In this document: one piece after another, positions 8,446-17,900 of the stretch
How positions within the stretch are numbered: position 1 is the first letter of the stretch
Layout: every line of letters starts with the position of its first letter
DNA from: Fimbriiglobus ruber
GTDB taxonomy: Bacteria; Planctomycetota; Planctomycetia; Gemmatales; Gemmataceae
Assembly (NCBI RefSeq): GCF_002197845.1
Contig: NZ_NIDE01000017.1
Location: 386,712-418,711 of the forward strand
Direction of reading: 5' to 3'
Length of the DNA stretch: 32,000 nucleotides
The notes under the pieces: model-generated
The model's database searches: none
The model's input: the letters and a program-made list of their open reading frames with translations, nothing else
What the model was told of the DNA's origin: nothing
Translations under genes and position numbers: made by a program

Positions 8446-9270
8446 TCATTCGTTGTCTGCCCGCAGCTCGGACAATCGATCGCGGGCTTCGCCTTCCACG
8501 AACTGGCGGACCCGCTGGTCGGCGCACTCGCGCAACCCTTCGGGCGGGCCGTCGTAGAGTACCTGCGACTCGCCCGGTTTGAGGCGGGCCAGCGGGTAGA
8601 GCATGATTACGCGGTCGGCGACTTTCTGCACCGTCCGCATCTCGTGCGTCACCACCAGGCTCGTCACCGGCCGCTTCTGGCGGGTTTGCAGAATCAGTTC
8701 GTTGATCACGTCGGTCATGATCGGGTCGAGCCCGGTCGTCGGCTCGTCGTACAGCATAACGTCCGGCGCGAGGGCGAGAGCCCGGGCCAGCCCGACCCGC
8801 TTCCGCATCCCCCCGGACAACTCGGCCGGCATCTGGTTCTCGACCTTCTTGTACGACAGGCCGACGTCCTCCAGTCGCTCGCGAACCCGCGTGCGGACGG
8901 CTTCGTCCGCGATTCCGCCTTTCGCCCGCAACCCGAAAGCTACGTTGTCGTACACGCTCAGGCTGTCGAACAGGGCCGCCTGTTGGAACAGGAACCCGAC
9001 CCGCAGGCGCATCGCGGTGAGTTCGCGCTCGCGCATCCGGCGGACCGGCTTGCCCTCGAAATAGACCTCGCCGGTCGTGGGCGTCAGCAGGCCGACCACG
9101 AGCTTGAGCGTGACCGACTTGCCGCAGCCGCTCTCGCCGATCAGCACCACGGTCTGGTGCGGGTAAATGTCCAGTGAGACGTTCGACAACACCTGCTGCC
9201 GGCCGAAGCCGATCGACGCGTTCGCCAGCCGGATTACCGGCTCGGGCGGAGTGGCAGCGGGCTCATTCAT
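8446..9270 (-). CDS. mlaF: ABC transporter ATP-binding protein, MlaF-like
   Basis: VLIGESGCGKSVTLKLVVGLLTPTTGEV (Walker A), QMPAELSGGMRKRVGLARALALAPDVMLYDEPTTGLDP (signature and Walker B), VVTHEM. Confidence 0.92.
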   Translation of the reverse strand: MNEPAATPPEPVIRLANASIGFGRQQVLSNVSLDIYPHQTVVLIGESGCGKSVTLKLVVGLLTPTTGEVYFEGKPVRRMRERELTAMRLRVGFLFQQAALFDSLSVYDNVAFGLRAKGGIADEAVRTRVRERLEDVGLSYKKVENQMPAELSGGMRKRVGLARALALAPDVMLYDEPTTGLDPIMTDVINELILQTRQKRPVTSLVVTHEMRTVQKVADRVIMLYPLARLKPGESQVLYDGPPEGLRECADQRVRQFVEGEARDRLSELRADNE

Positions 9271-9299
9271 ACGCGGCTGTTCCCCGACAGACTTTGCGC

Positions 9300-9377
9300 A
9301 AATTTGGAGTGCGGCGCTTGACCGCCGCTTTGGTTTTTAAAAGCAAAAGCGGCGGTCAAGCGCCGCACTCCAAATTT
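9300..9377. repeat. Perfect 32-bp inverted repeat with 14-nt loop, inside the mla operon
   Basis: AAATTTGGAGTGCGGCGCTTGACCGCCGCTTT (9300-9331) and its exact reverse complement (9346-9377). Confidence 0.97.
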
Positions 9378-9389
9378 AGACAACAATCG

Positions 9390-10247
9390 TCACGCTACTT
9401 TCGCCCCGGACGCTGGCCAGAACAGGGTGGCGATCGCGGTGGACAGCATGGCCAGGATGAAGTCGATGACCAGGATGGCAACGAAAGAAAGCACGAACCC
9501 TTCCGTGGCTGCCCGGCCCACGCCCTCGGCTCCGGGTCGGCTGTGGAACCCGCGGTGACAACAAATCAGTGCCAACACGCCTCCGAAGATGACCGACTTG
9601 CCCAACCCGACGAGCAAGTCCCACTGTTTGACGTAATTCGCCGTGTGCCGCCAGTAGTGGAACGAGTCGATGTGGTACACCTTCAGGCTAATGAGCGTAC
9701 TCCCGACCACGCCCATCGCGTCGGCCAGAACCGTGAGCAACGGGATGACGAGGAGGCAGCCGAGGAACCGCGGGGCGACGAGGTATTTGACCGGGTCGAC
9801 GCCGAGGCAGGCGAGGGCGTCGATTTGCTCGGTGACGCGCATGGTCGCGAGCTGGGCCGCCATCGCGGTCCCCACCCGGCCGGCCAGCATGACCGCGGCC
9901 AAAACCGGGCCGAGTTCCCGCACGACCGACATGTGGATCACCGCGCCCAGCGACGTGTCCAGGCCGATCATGTGGAACTGGTTGTACGCCTGGACGGCCA
10001 GCACCATGCCGATGAACGTGCCCGTGATCGCGATCACGCCGACCGAACTGACGCCGACTTCGACGCAGACGCGGATGAGTTCGTTGATTTTGAGGTGTCG
10101 GGAGACGACGCCCGAGATGGCCCGGGCGGAGAAGATCGTCCAGTCGCCGAGGCCCGCGAAATTGTCGGCCAGGGCTTCACCGACGTTCCTCAAGAACCCC
10201 GGCTCGGCGGGGGCAATCGGTGCCGGGGCTGCGGATACGCTGGCCAT
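9390..10247 (-). CDS. mlaE: MlaE-like ABC transporter permease
   Basis: [17 protein letters not shown]-type context: [92 protein letters not shown] (MlaE core; the ORF itself reads [14 protein letters not shown]...). Start at internal MASVSAAP (ORF track start 10307). Confidence 0.9.
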   Translation of the reverse strand: [285 protein letters not shown]

Positions 10248-10457
10248 GCGGACAATCCTTGTCGTGTCGACGCGGGAAATGGGAAGCCGGCGTTCGTGCC
10301 GTTGCAATCATTTTGGCGAACGATTCGCCCGCCAATCCGTTCCCGGAACGATTTCCCCACGTTTCAACATCGAACGCCGGCCGGGTCCGGGACGAACCCG
10401 AGACCGCGGCCGGCGGTGGTGAGCAGGCGGGCGAACCATCATATCCGGCACGATCGG

Positions 10458-11318
10458 CTAATCCGCGGCGACCCGCCGGACCGGGCGCCCGTCACGCCAC
10501 TGGGTCCACGTCCTGTCTGCCGGGTTCCACTCCCACCCGTCGACCGGATCGACGTGGTGCTGGTAAAACACCGGCTGGGCCACGCGAGTGAATCGCCTCG
10601 CTTGCTGGCGGTCCCACCGGCGCTGTTCGTCGAGTCCACGCACCATCGCCAGCTCGGTGCGGCCCATCATGAACACGACCGCGGCGATCAGGACGAGCAT
10701 GTACTCTTTTTCCCGGATTCCAACAAACGCCATCAAGACCGCCATGATTGTGCCGACCACCATCGCGACTTCCGTCGCCGTGATCCGGTCGGTAAACAAG
10801 CTAACCACGGCCCGGAACACCCGCCCACCGTCCATCGGGAAGGCCGGGATCAGGTTAAACACGACCAGCACGATGTTGGCTACCAACACCCGAGAGAAGA
10901 ACGCCTCTTCCAGGCTGCCCGCCGACCTCAGGTTTTGGTCGAACCCAAGTCCGCCGACGACAAACAGGGCGTACAGTGATACGGCGATCGCCACGTTGAC
11001 GGCCGGCCCGGCCAGCGCGATCACGATTTCCGGCCACGCCTTCTCGGGGATGTTTTCCAACCGCGCCACGCCCCCGAGTGGGTAAAGCGTGATGTCCCGC
11101 GTGTTGATGCCGTAGCCGCGGGCCGCCATCGCGTGCCCTAGCTCGTGCAACGCGACGCAGCCGAAGACGGCGAACAGCACGGCGACATCGAGCGCCGCCT
11201 GTTCCGCACCCCGGCCGCTCAATATCACGAACAGGGGGAGCAGCCAAAAGGTCGGGTGGATAAAGAGATCGATGCCGAACACTCGGCCTAATTTTAGAGA
11301 TTGGAACATTGGTGTCAC
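10458..11318 (-). CDS. Site-2 protease-like (M50) zinc metalloprotease
   Basis: ALHELGHAMAARGYGI (HExxH) and NLIPAFPMDGGRVFRAVVSL (NPDG-type third ligand) with several TM segments. Confidence 0.88.
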   Translation of the reverse strand: MTPMFQSLKLGRVFGIDLFIHPTFWLLPLFVILSGRGAEQAALDVAVLFAVFGCVALHELGHAMAARGYGINTRDITLYPLGGVARLENIPEKAWPEIVIALAGPAVNVAIAVSLYALFVVGGLGFDQNLRSAGSLEEAFFSRVLVANIVLVVFNLIPAFPMDGGRVFRAVVSLFTDRITATEVAMVVGTIMAVLMAFVGIREKEYMLVLIAAVVFMMGRTELAMVRGLDEQRRWDRQQARRFTRVAQPVFYQHHVDPVDGWEWNPADRTWTQWRDGRPVRRVAAD

Positions 11319-11725
11319 CTTTCGATAACGCGGTGCGATTTTGTGGGGCTGGGCAGCACCGGTATCGGATTATTCGCCGGGCGGTGGCAAAACTTGCAGA
11401 AAACCGCGTGCCGAACTTAAACGGCGAGAACATCTCTGCCCCGCGTCTGTTGAATTAGATGGCGAAATGCGGCTTCGGATTCGCCCGAAGTCGAGAAACG
11501 ACAAAGGGGCGTCGGACCCGCCTTTACCGCGTCATAATTGCGGAATTGTGGCGCCTTGCTTCAACAAATCGGAACACAACCGAATTGTTGCCCAATCGAC
11601 GAAGTGTGTCTTTTTACCGAAAAAATGTGTCCACTCCGCCCACACCACGGCTCGAGTTCGACAATAATGAAATCGTAAATCTATACCGCGTCTCCAGATA
11701 TTCCCTCGCTTCCCGCGAGCCGACC

Positions 11726-12418
11726 ATGCCGCCCCGCTCATCCGTCCCCACGTTCGCCGCAACGACGCACGGGTTCCCGTTCCCGAACTGTTACCCACCT
11801 GGTTCGCCGGTGATTTCAGTTCCGACGCCGTTCGGTCAGGTCAAGGTCGGAGACGCCAGCGGCGGGCTGTGCGGCGGGATGGTGTTCGCGGCTCTCGACC
11901 TGTTCCTGTTCGGCCTCCCGCGACCCACAACCCCGCATCCGCCGGTCTATCAATACTTTTGCCGCCGGTTGCTCGACAGTTGGAACCTGCCGTTCGGCGT
12001 GATGAAGTATTACGACTGGCAGTGCCGCCCGGGCGCAAGTCGCACGCTCGCCGGGGTTCGTATTCGGGACGGCGTCTCCCGGCTCACGATCGAAGAAGAA
12101 TGGCCCAAGGTCCGGGCAGCGATCGACGCCGGCACCCCAGCCCCGCTTGGTCTGGTGAAGCCCAACTCGTTCAGCCCGCGCACCCTCGGCCAGAACCATC
12201 AGGTTCTCGCTTACGGCTACGAACTCGACGGGGCCGGCCAAGAGTTGACGCTGCTCGTATACGACCCGAACTACCCGAACGACGATCACTTGACGCTTCG
12301 GGTGTCGCTGGCCGACCCGGACCGCGAGAGGCAGGTGGTCCACAGTGTCGAAGGGCCGAGCGTCCGCGGGTTCTTCCTCACCGAGTACCGCTGCCCGCCC
12401 GACGCCCCGGTGTTTTGA
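11726..12418 (+). CDS. Papain-like/C39-like cysteine peptidase-fold protein, uncharacterised
   Basis: MPPRSSVPTFAATTHGFPFPNCYPPG... with Cys motif SGGLCGGMVFAALDLF, His motif LGQNHQVLAYGYE and Asp/Asn motif LLVYDPNYP. Start at internal ATG 11726. Confidence 0.6.
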   Translation: MPPRSSVPTFAATTHGFPFPNCYPPGSPVISVPTPFGQVKVGDASGGLCGGMVFAALDLFLFGLPRPTTPHPPVYQYFCRRLLDSWNLPFGVMKYYDWQCRPGASRTLAGVRIRDGVSRLTIEEEWPKVRAAIDAGTPAPLGLVKPNSFSPRTLGQNHQVLAYGYELDGAGQELTLLVYDPNYPNDDHLTLRVSLADPDRERQVVHSVEGPSVRGFFLTEYRCPPDAPVF

Positions 12419-12483
12419 AAGAAGTTAGCCACAGAGGTCACGGAGAAAGCACTCGGAGAGCAGGGCGTCTTGTGCGGTCTCCG

Positions 12484-13896
12484 CTACGGAGTGGGCGGAA
12501 GCTGGGCCACACCGCCGCGCTTGCGCACGATCAGCATCGCGATTTCCAGGGATTGCTCGTAGTTGAGGCGCGGATCGACGGTCGACTTGTACGCGCGGGC
12601 CAGATCGGCCTCGGTTAGATCGCGCGCGCCGCCGAGGCATTCGGTGACGTTCTCGCCGGTCAGTTCCAGGTGTACGCCGCCCAGTCGCGTGCCGCAGGCG
12701 GCGTGGATATCGAAAGCGAAATCGAGTTCGGCGCGGATGTTCTCAAAGCGCCGCGTCTTCACCCCGTTCGCCAGCGTCTCGCCGTTGCCGTGCATCGGGT
12801 CCGAACACCAGAGTACGCGCTTGCCTTCGGCCTTCACCGCGTTCAGGTGTTGCGGCAGTTCGGCTTCGATCTTCGCGGCGCCCATGCGCGTGATCAGCGT
12901 GAGGCGGCCGGGTTCGTTTTCCGGATCGAGCGCGTCGATCGTGCGCAGCAACTGGTCCGGTTTCACGCCCGGCCCGACCTTCAAACCCATCGGATTGCGG
13001 ATGCCGCGACAGTATTCGACGTGCGCGCCGTCGAGTTGCGCCGTCCGCATGCCGATCCACGGGAAATGCGTCGACAGGTTGAACCACCCCCAGTTCCGCG
13101 GTACCTGGCGCGTGACCGCCTGTTCGTAGTTGAGCAGCAGTGCCTCGTGCGAGGTGTAGAAATCCACTTTCCCAAAAGTGGACAACGGCACGCCGGCCAG
13201 CGTCTCCATGAAACGCACCGAATCGCCGATCGACTCGACCATGCGCCGGTATTCGCCCTGCAGCGGCGAATGCTCGACCCAGGCCAGGTCCCAGTATTCC
13301 GGATGATGCAGGTCGGCGAAACCGCCGTCGATCAGCGCGCGCACGAAATTCATCGTCAGCGCCGATTTGGAATGCGCTTCGATGAGGCGCTGCGGGTCGG
13401 GTTCGCGGGCGCCCGCGCTGAATTCCGGCGCGTTGACGATGTCGCCGCGGTAGCACGGCAGAGTGACGCCGTCGCGCGTTTCCGTGTCCGCCGACCGCGG
13501 CTTCGCGTACTGGCCGGCGAAGCGGCCGACGCGCACGACCGGCAACTTGAGCCCGTGTACGAGTACCAGGCTCATCTGCAGCAGCACTTTCAAACGGTTG
13601 GAGATCAACGGCGAGTTGCAGTCGGAGAAACTCTCGGCGCAATCGCCGCCCTGCAACAGGAAGCAACGCCCTTCCGCCGCATCGGCCAGCTTGTGCTTCA
13701 ACGCGAGCACTTCCCACGAGGTCACCAGCGGCGGCAGCTCGCGCAATTCGGCGACGGCGCGATCGAGCGCGGCGGCATCCGCGTACACCGGCTGCTGCAC
13801 GGCTGTCTTGTTCTTCCACGACGTCGGCGCCCAATCCTTGGCTACGTTGACCGGGGTCGAAGTTGTTTCGTTCGCGCGCATGGCATTGCTCATCAA
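12484..13896 (-). CDS. Type II (plant-type) 3-deoxy-7-phosphoheptulonate (DAHP) synthase
   Basis: FLLQGGDCAESF, VVRVGRFAGQYAKPRS, YRGDIVN, WVEHSPLQGEYRR, GMRTAQLDGAHVEYCRGIRNPMGLKVGPG, LWCSDPMHGNG, GGVHLELTGENVTECLGG. Confidence 0.95.
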   Translation of the reverse strand: MMSNAMRANETTSTPVNVAKDWAPTSWKNKTAVQQPVYADAAALDRAVAELRELPPLVTSWEVLALKHKLADAAEGRCFLLQGGDCAESFSDCNSPLISNRLKVLLQMSLVLVHGLKLPVVRVGRFAGQYAKPRSADTETRDGVTLPCYRGDIVNAPEFSAGAREPDPQRLIEAHSKSALTMNFVRALIDGGFADLHHPEYWDLAWVEHSPLQGEYRRMVESIGDSVRFMETLAGVPLSTFGKVDFYTSHEALLLNYEQAVTRQVPRNWGWFNLSTHFPWIGMRTAQLDGAHVEYCRGIRNPMGLKVGPGVKPDQLLRTIDALDPENEPGRLTLITRMGAAKIEAELPQHLNAVKAEGKRVLWCSDPMHGNGETLANGVKTRRFENIRAELDFAFDIHAACGTRLGGVHLELTGENVTECLGGARDLTEADLARAYKSTVDPRLNYEQSLEIAMLIVRKRGGVAQLPPTP

Positions 13897-14111
13897 GTCG
13901 CGTCCGGCGTCACGCCAGATTGATGCGGCGGCGCAACTTGTTCTTAGGCGTTCGGCATGTGATAGCGTACCCGCCGACCGATTTCACAACGCCGGGGGCA
14001 AGCCGAAGTAGCTTCATCGGTGGGTAAGCTAATTCCTGCCGAACGCCTTACTACTAATGATCTTTTTCTGCCTGAAAAGACGTGGGCTTTCTTTCTCTCT
14101 GTTCCCTGTGG

Positions 14112-14840
14112 CTAAACCTCTTCGGCGGTCGCGGCCGGCGGCGTCAGCCAGATGTCGCCGAACGGCTCGGGCTGGTCGAGCCGGATGGCCCGGATCTTGA
14201 TCAGTTCGAGGACGGCGAGGAAGAGCCCGATCAACCGCACCTTGGTGTGCGGCGGGGTGAACAGGTCGCGGAAGAGAACCCGCCCGGCTGCCAGGACTTG
14301 GTCGCGGATGAGCGATTCGTACACGTGCTGCGGCGTGTCATCTTCGACCACCGAGGTCGCGTCCGCGGCGTGCGTCTCGCGCATGAGCCGGGCGAACGCA
14401 CTCACAAGATCCCACAACTCGACCGGCCGCACAACCGGGGCACCGGGGCGAACCGGCTCTTCCGGGGTGACGCGCGCGAGGCGTGTTCCCTGTTGCTCGG
14501 CCCGCTGTTCGAGGGCGGCGGCCGCGTCCTTGAAGGCCCGGTATTCGAGTAGTTGCCGGACCAGCTCGCGCCGGGGGTCGGGCGCCTCGTGGTCCGCGGC
14601 CGGGGCGTCCACCGGCAGCAGCGACCGCGCCTTGATCTCCATGAGCGTGGCCGCCATCACCAGGAAGTCCCCGGCGAGTTCCACGTCCAGGGCTTGGGCG
14701 GCCGCCATGAATTCCGTGTACTGGTCCACGAGTTCCGAGATCGCGATGTCGAGGACGTCCACCTCGTTGCGCTTGACCAGGTACAGCAACAGGTCGAGCG
14801 GGCCGTGGAAGGAGTCGAGCGCGACCTGGTAGAGTGTCAT
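14112..14840 (-). CDS. scpA: Segregation and condensation protein A
   Basis: YQVALDSFHGPLDLLLYLVKRNEVDVLDIAISELVDQYTEFM...LAGDFLVMAATLMEIKARSLLP is the ScpA/kleisin N-terminus. Confidence 0.93.
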   Translation of the reverse strand: MTLYQVALDSFHGPLDLLLYLVKRNEVDVLDIAISELVDQYTEFMAAAQALDVELAGDFLVMAATLMEIKARSLLPVDAPAADHEAPDPRRELVRQLLEYRAFKDAAAALEQRAEQQGTRLARVTPEEPVRPGAPVVRPVELWDLVSAFARLMRETHAADATSVVEDDTPQHVYESLIRDQVLAAGRVLFRDLFTPPHTKVRLIGLFLAVLELIKIRAIRLDQPEPFGDIWLTPPAATAEEV

Positions 14841-14873
14841 GGGCCGGCCGGATTGGGCAAAGCGAACGAAAAA

Positions 14874-14900
14874 AGCCCGCGGGTTTTTCCCCCGCGGGCT
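14874..14900 (-). terminator. Rho-independent terminator for the kinase/tubulin-like genes
   Basis: 10-bp perfect stem AGCCCGCGGG/CCCGCGGGCT with a 7-nt loop; A-run at 14869-14874 reads as a U-tract on the minus strand, just after the stop at 14918. Confidence 0.85.
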
Positions 14901-14917
14901 GTCGTGTACGGTCCCCG

Positions 14918-17900
14918 TCAGTCGGTGTCAACGTCAACCCACGCCGTCACGTCCAGGCGGGCGTGCGGGTTGATCTGCTGGGCGTCCGGGACGACCCGGT
15001 AGGCGGCCGCCCAGGCCGGCCCGAGTTGGGGGACGGCGGCGAGCGGGACGGCCGAGTACTCGCGGTAAATCACCACCTCGTCCGGCACGGTGGCGGTGGC
15101 CGCCGCGTCGGGCAGCATGCGGGCCGCGAGGTCGCGGACCGGGTCGCCGCCCGCCCCGGTCGGGCTGCCGAACACCGTGACGGCGGACTGCGCCCACGGT
15201 CCCGGGCCGACCAGCGGCGGGGCCGCCCGGTCGAACGCCCGGCGGAGTTCGGCCACGGCCGCGTCCGCCGTCCCGTAGTGCTGGGCGAACATGCCGGCCA
15301 CGTCGGCCTCCCCGAGCCGCGCGTCGAGGTAGGCGCGGGCGGCCGTCCGGACCTCGCGGAGCAGTCCGAGGGGGCCGTCGATCGAGTTCACGCACGCCTG
15401 GTATAGCCCGCCGAACGTCCGCTCCAGCCGCTCTTGCACCTTGGTATCGAGGGCGATCAGGTCGTCGTCGGTCAGCGACCCGATGAACACCTGGGCCGCG
15501 TCTTCCGTCGTCGGGCACCGGGCCGGGAGCAGTTCGCCCGGGCCGCACCCGGGGGCCGGGAACTCGGATTCGAGGGCCAGGTCCCGGCGGCACGCCTCGG
15601 CCCGCTGGCGGTACGCGGACACGTCGCCCAGGATCTCGGTCAACAACTCCTTGAGTTCGCGGTACACCCGCAACACCCCGCGGATCAGCATGAGTTGGTG
15701 CTGCCCGCTCGGGTACTGACCGACCGCGGCCGCGAAGTCGGTCGCGGACACCTTCTTCATGCCCTTCTGGAAGTTCGTGTACGCGAGGATCTGTTCCAGC
15801 GCCGTCGCCGTCCCGGTTTCGAGCGCCGCCGCCTGCTTGTCGAGCTGGACGCGGGCCTTGTTCAGGACGGCGAGCATCTGGCGGGCCGCCTCTTCGGTCC
15901 CGGCGAGCCGGAACGCCGGGGTCTCGACCAGGCCGTGGAACAGGGCGGTGATTTCCGACCGGGCGAGCGCGGTGAGGTCGTCCGCGGTCGCCGCGACGGC
16001 CTCCTCGACGGCGGTGGGCGGGCGGGCGACGACGCCCTGTTGTTTGCCGAAAATGCGCTGCCACTGGTCGACCGCCGCGGTCACCCGGTCGGGGTCCGGG
16101 AGGCGGGCCAGCCACCCCTTCGGGAGGAGGATTTCGGTCGTCCGCGCGACGAGTTCCTGGATCGGCCCGCCGGCCGCCTGGTTGGCGGCGTCGGAGAGGC
16201 GGGTCGTGATCTTGTCCGGCGCCGTCCCCAGCCGGGTCCACTGGTTCGCCACCCACCCCGGGATGACCTGCCGCACGTGGGCCGGGTCGGTCGACACCCA
16301 GTGGTTGAGCAGGACCGGGGCGAGGATTCGCGCGGCCCGCCCGACCACCTCGGCCCGCGGCCACGAGTATCTGGTGAGCCCGCACACCCGCACCGATCCG
16401 GCCGACGTCTCCGGCGTGGGCGGCCGCGTTTGGTCGTCGGCGAGGCGGCCGACCTGTGACGTCGTACTGAGCCGCAGGAATTCCGCCGAGAGGGCCGTCG
16501 GGTCGCGGGTCACGTCCGCGTCGCCCGCTTTCCCGCCGGGGCCGGGCGGGCGGTTCCAGGCGTCGGTCCGCAGGCCCGGGGTCGACCGCCCGGACGGGGT
16601 GGTCCGCGAGATCATCGGCTGTGTGCCGCTCGGGCCGCGGGCGGTATTCGAGAGCGGGCCCGAGTTGCGGACGGTCGCCGCCGTCGCGGTTACGGTCGAC
16701 CCCGGGATGACCGGGGGAGAGTACGCCGACCCGGGGAATAGAAACACGTTGCTGAACGGGCGGTCCGCGTCGCGGACGTTCCCGACGCGCTCGTCGTAAG
16801 ACGCGGCGAACACGGTCTGCGGGCGGGAGTAGTGGTGCAGCTCAGTCAGCGCCGCGTACGTGTTGGCCTGAGACAGCGGGGTCGTGTTGGCGGCCGCCCC
16901 GTCCGGCGGCAGGTGGAACACGCCGACTACGTCGGGGTCGGTGTACCCCATCCGCTTGAGCCGGGAGCGGACGATGTACGCCAGGTCGAGGAACATGCCG
17001 CTCCCGGTCCCCCCGCCGAGACCCGCGACCACGTACACGCGGGGCCGGTTCGTCCGCACGGCCTGGCCGGTTCCGTCCCGGGTCGCGGTGAGCGCGACCG
17101 GGTTCAGGCAGGCGTCGAGTTCGGTCTGGATTTTTTGCACGAGCGCCCGCGAGTGGTCGCACAGCGCGAGCCGGCCGAACCCGCGGATCCCCATCGTGGT
17201 CGGCGTCCGCGTGAGCTTGTACAGCAGTTGCTGGTCGAACCACCCGTCCACCACGTTCCGCCCGTTGGGCCGCGGCTTCAGGTAGTGGGCGGCCCGGTTC
17301 AGTCGGGCGGCGAACACCTCTTCCGGGTCGAGCCCGGCCAACCCGGCCGCGGGGTCGGGCGCGGTCGCGGTCTGAACGTCCGGGTCCGTGTCGATGTACA
17401 GGGTGCGGAACGAGGGCACGGCGTCCGCCGGCCCGAACCTGTCGGCCAGGTGTTTCCGGAACCGCTGGAGGACGCGGAGCCCGGTGTACCCGAGGCCGAG
17501 GATCAGGGTCGGCTGGAGCGTCCCCGGGCCGGTTATCTCGCGCGGGGCGTCCTGCCGCGGGTAGGGCGGGTCGGTGTCGCCCCGCGGGGTCGGCGTCTGG
17601 ACGAGGGCGAACGGGAAATTGTCGGGTCCGACCGACGGCAGCGGGAACTGCGTCGGGGTCATGTTCGCGGGCGGCGCGTCGGCGGCCGGGGGGACGTGCG
17701 CCGGGAAAACTTCGATCGGTCCGGACTTGCTCCCGTCGCCGAGGCCGTGCCGCGAGCCGGGCGGGACGCCCCCGCTGCCCGCGGGGACCACCGTCCGGTC
17801 CGAGCCCGCGTTGCCGGCCCGGATCGCGGCGACCATCGCGGACACGCTCGGGAACCGCTCGTCCGGCTTCTTGGCCAGCGCGCGGGCCAGGGCCGGCCGG

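Noticed and set aside
9174-10979. 601-aa plus-strand ORF spanning the mlaE gene and the 32-bp hairpin
   Set aside because: Antisense to MlaE and the M50 protease; composition rich in R/H/D/Q with no recognisable domain.
12670-13923. 417-aa plus-strand ORF antisense to DAHP synthase
   Set aside because: The opposite strand encodes an unambiguous type II DAHP synthase; this is a shadow frame.
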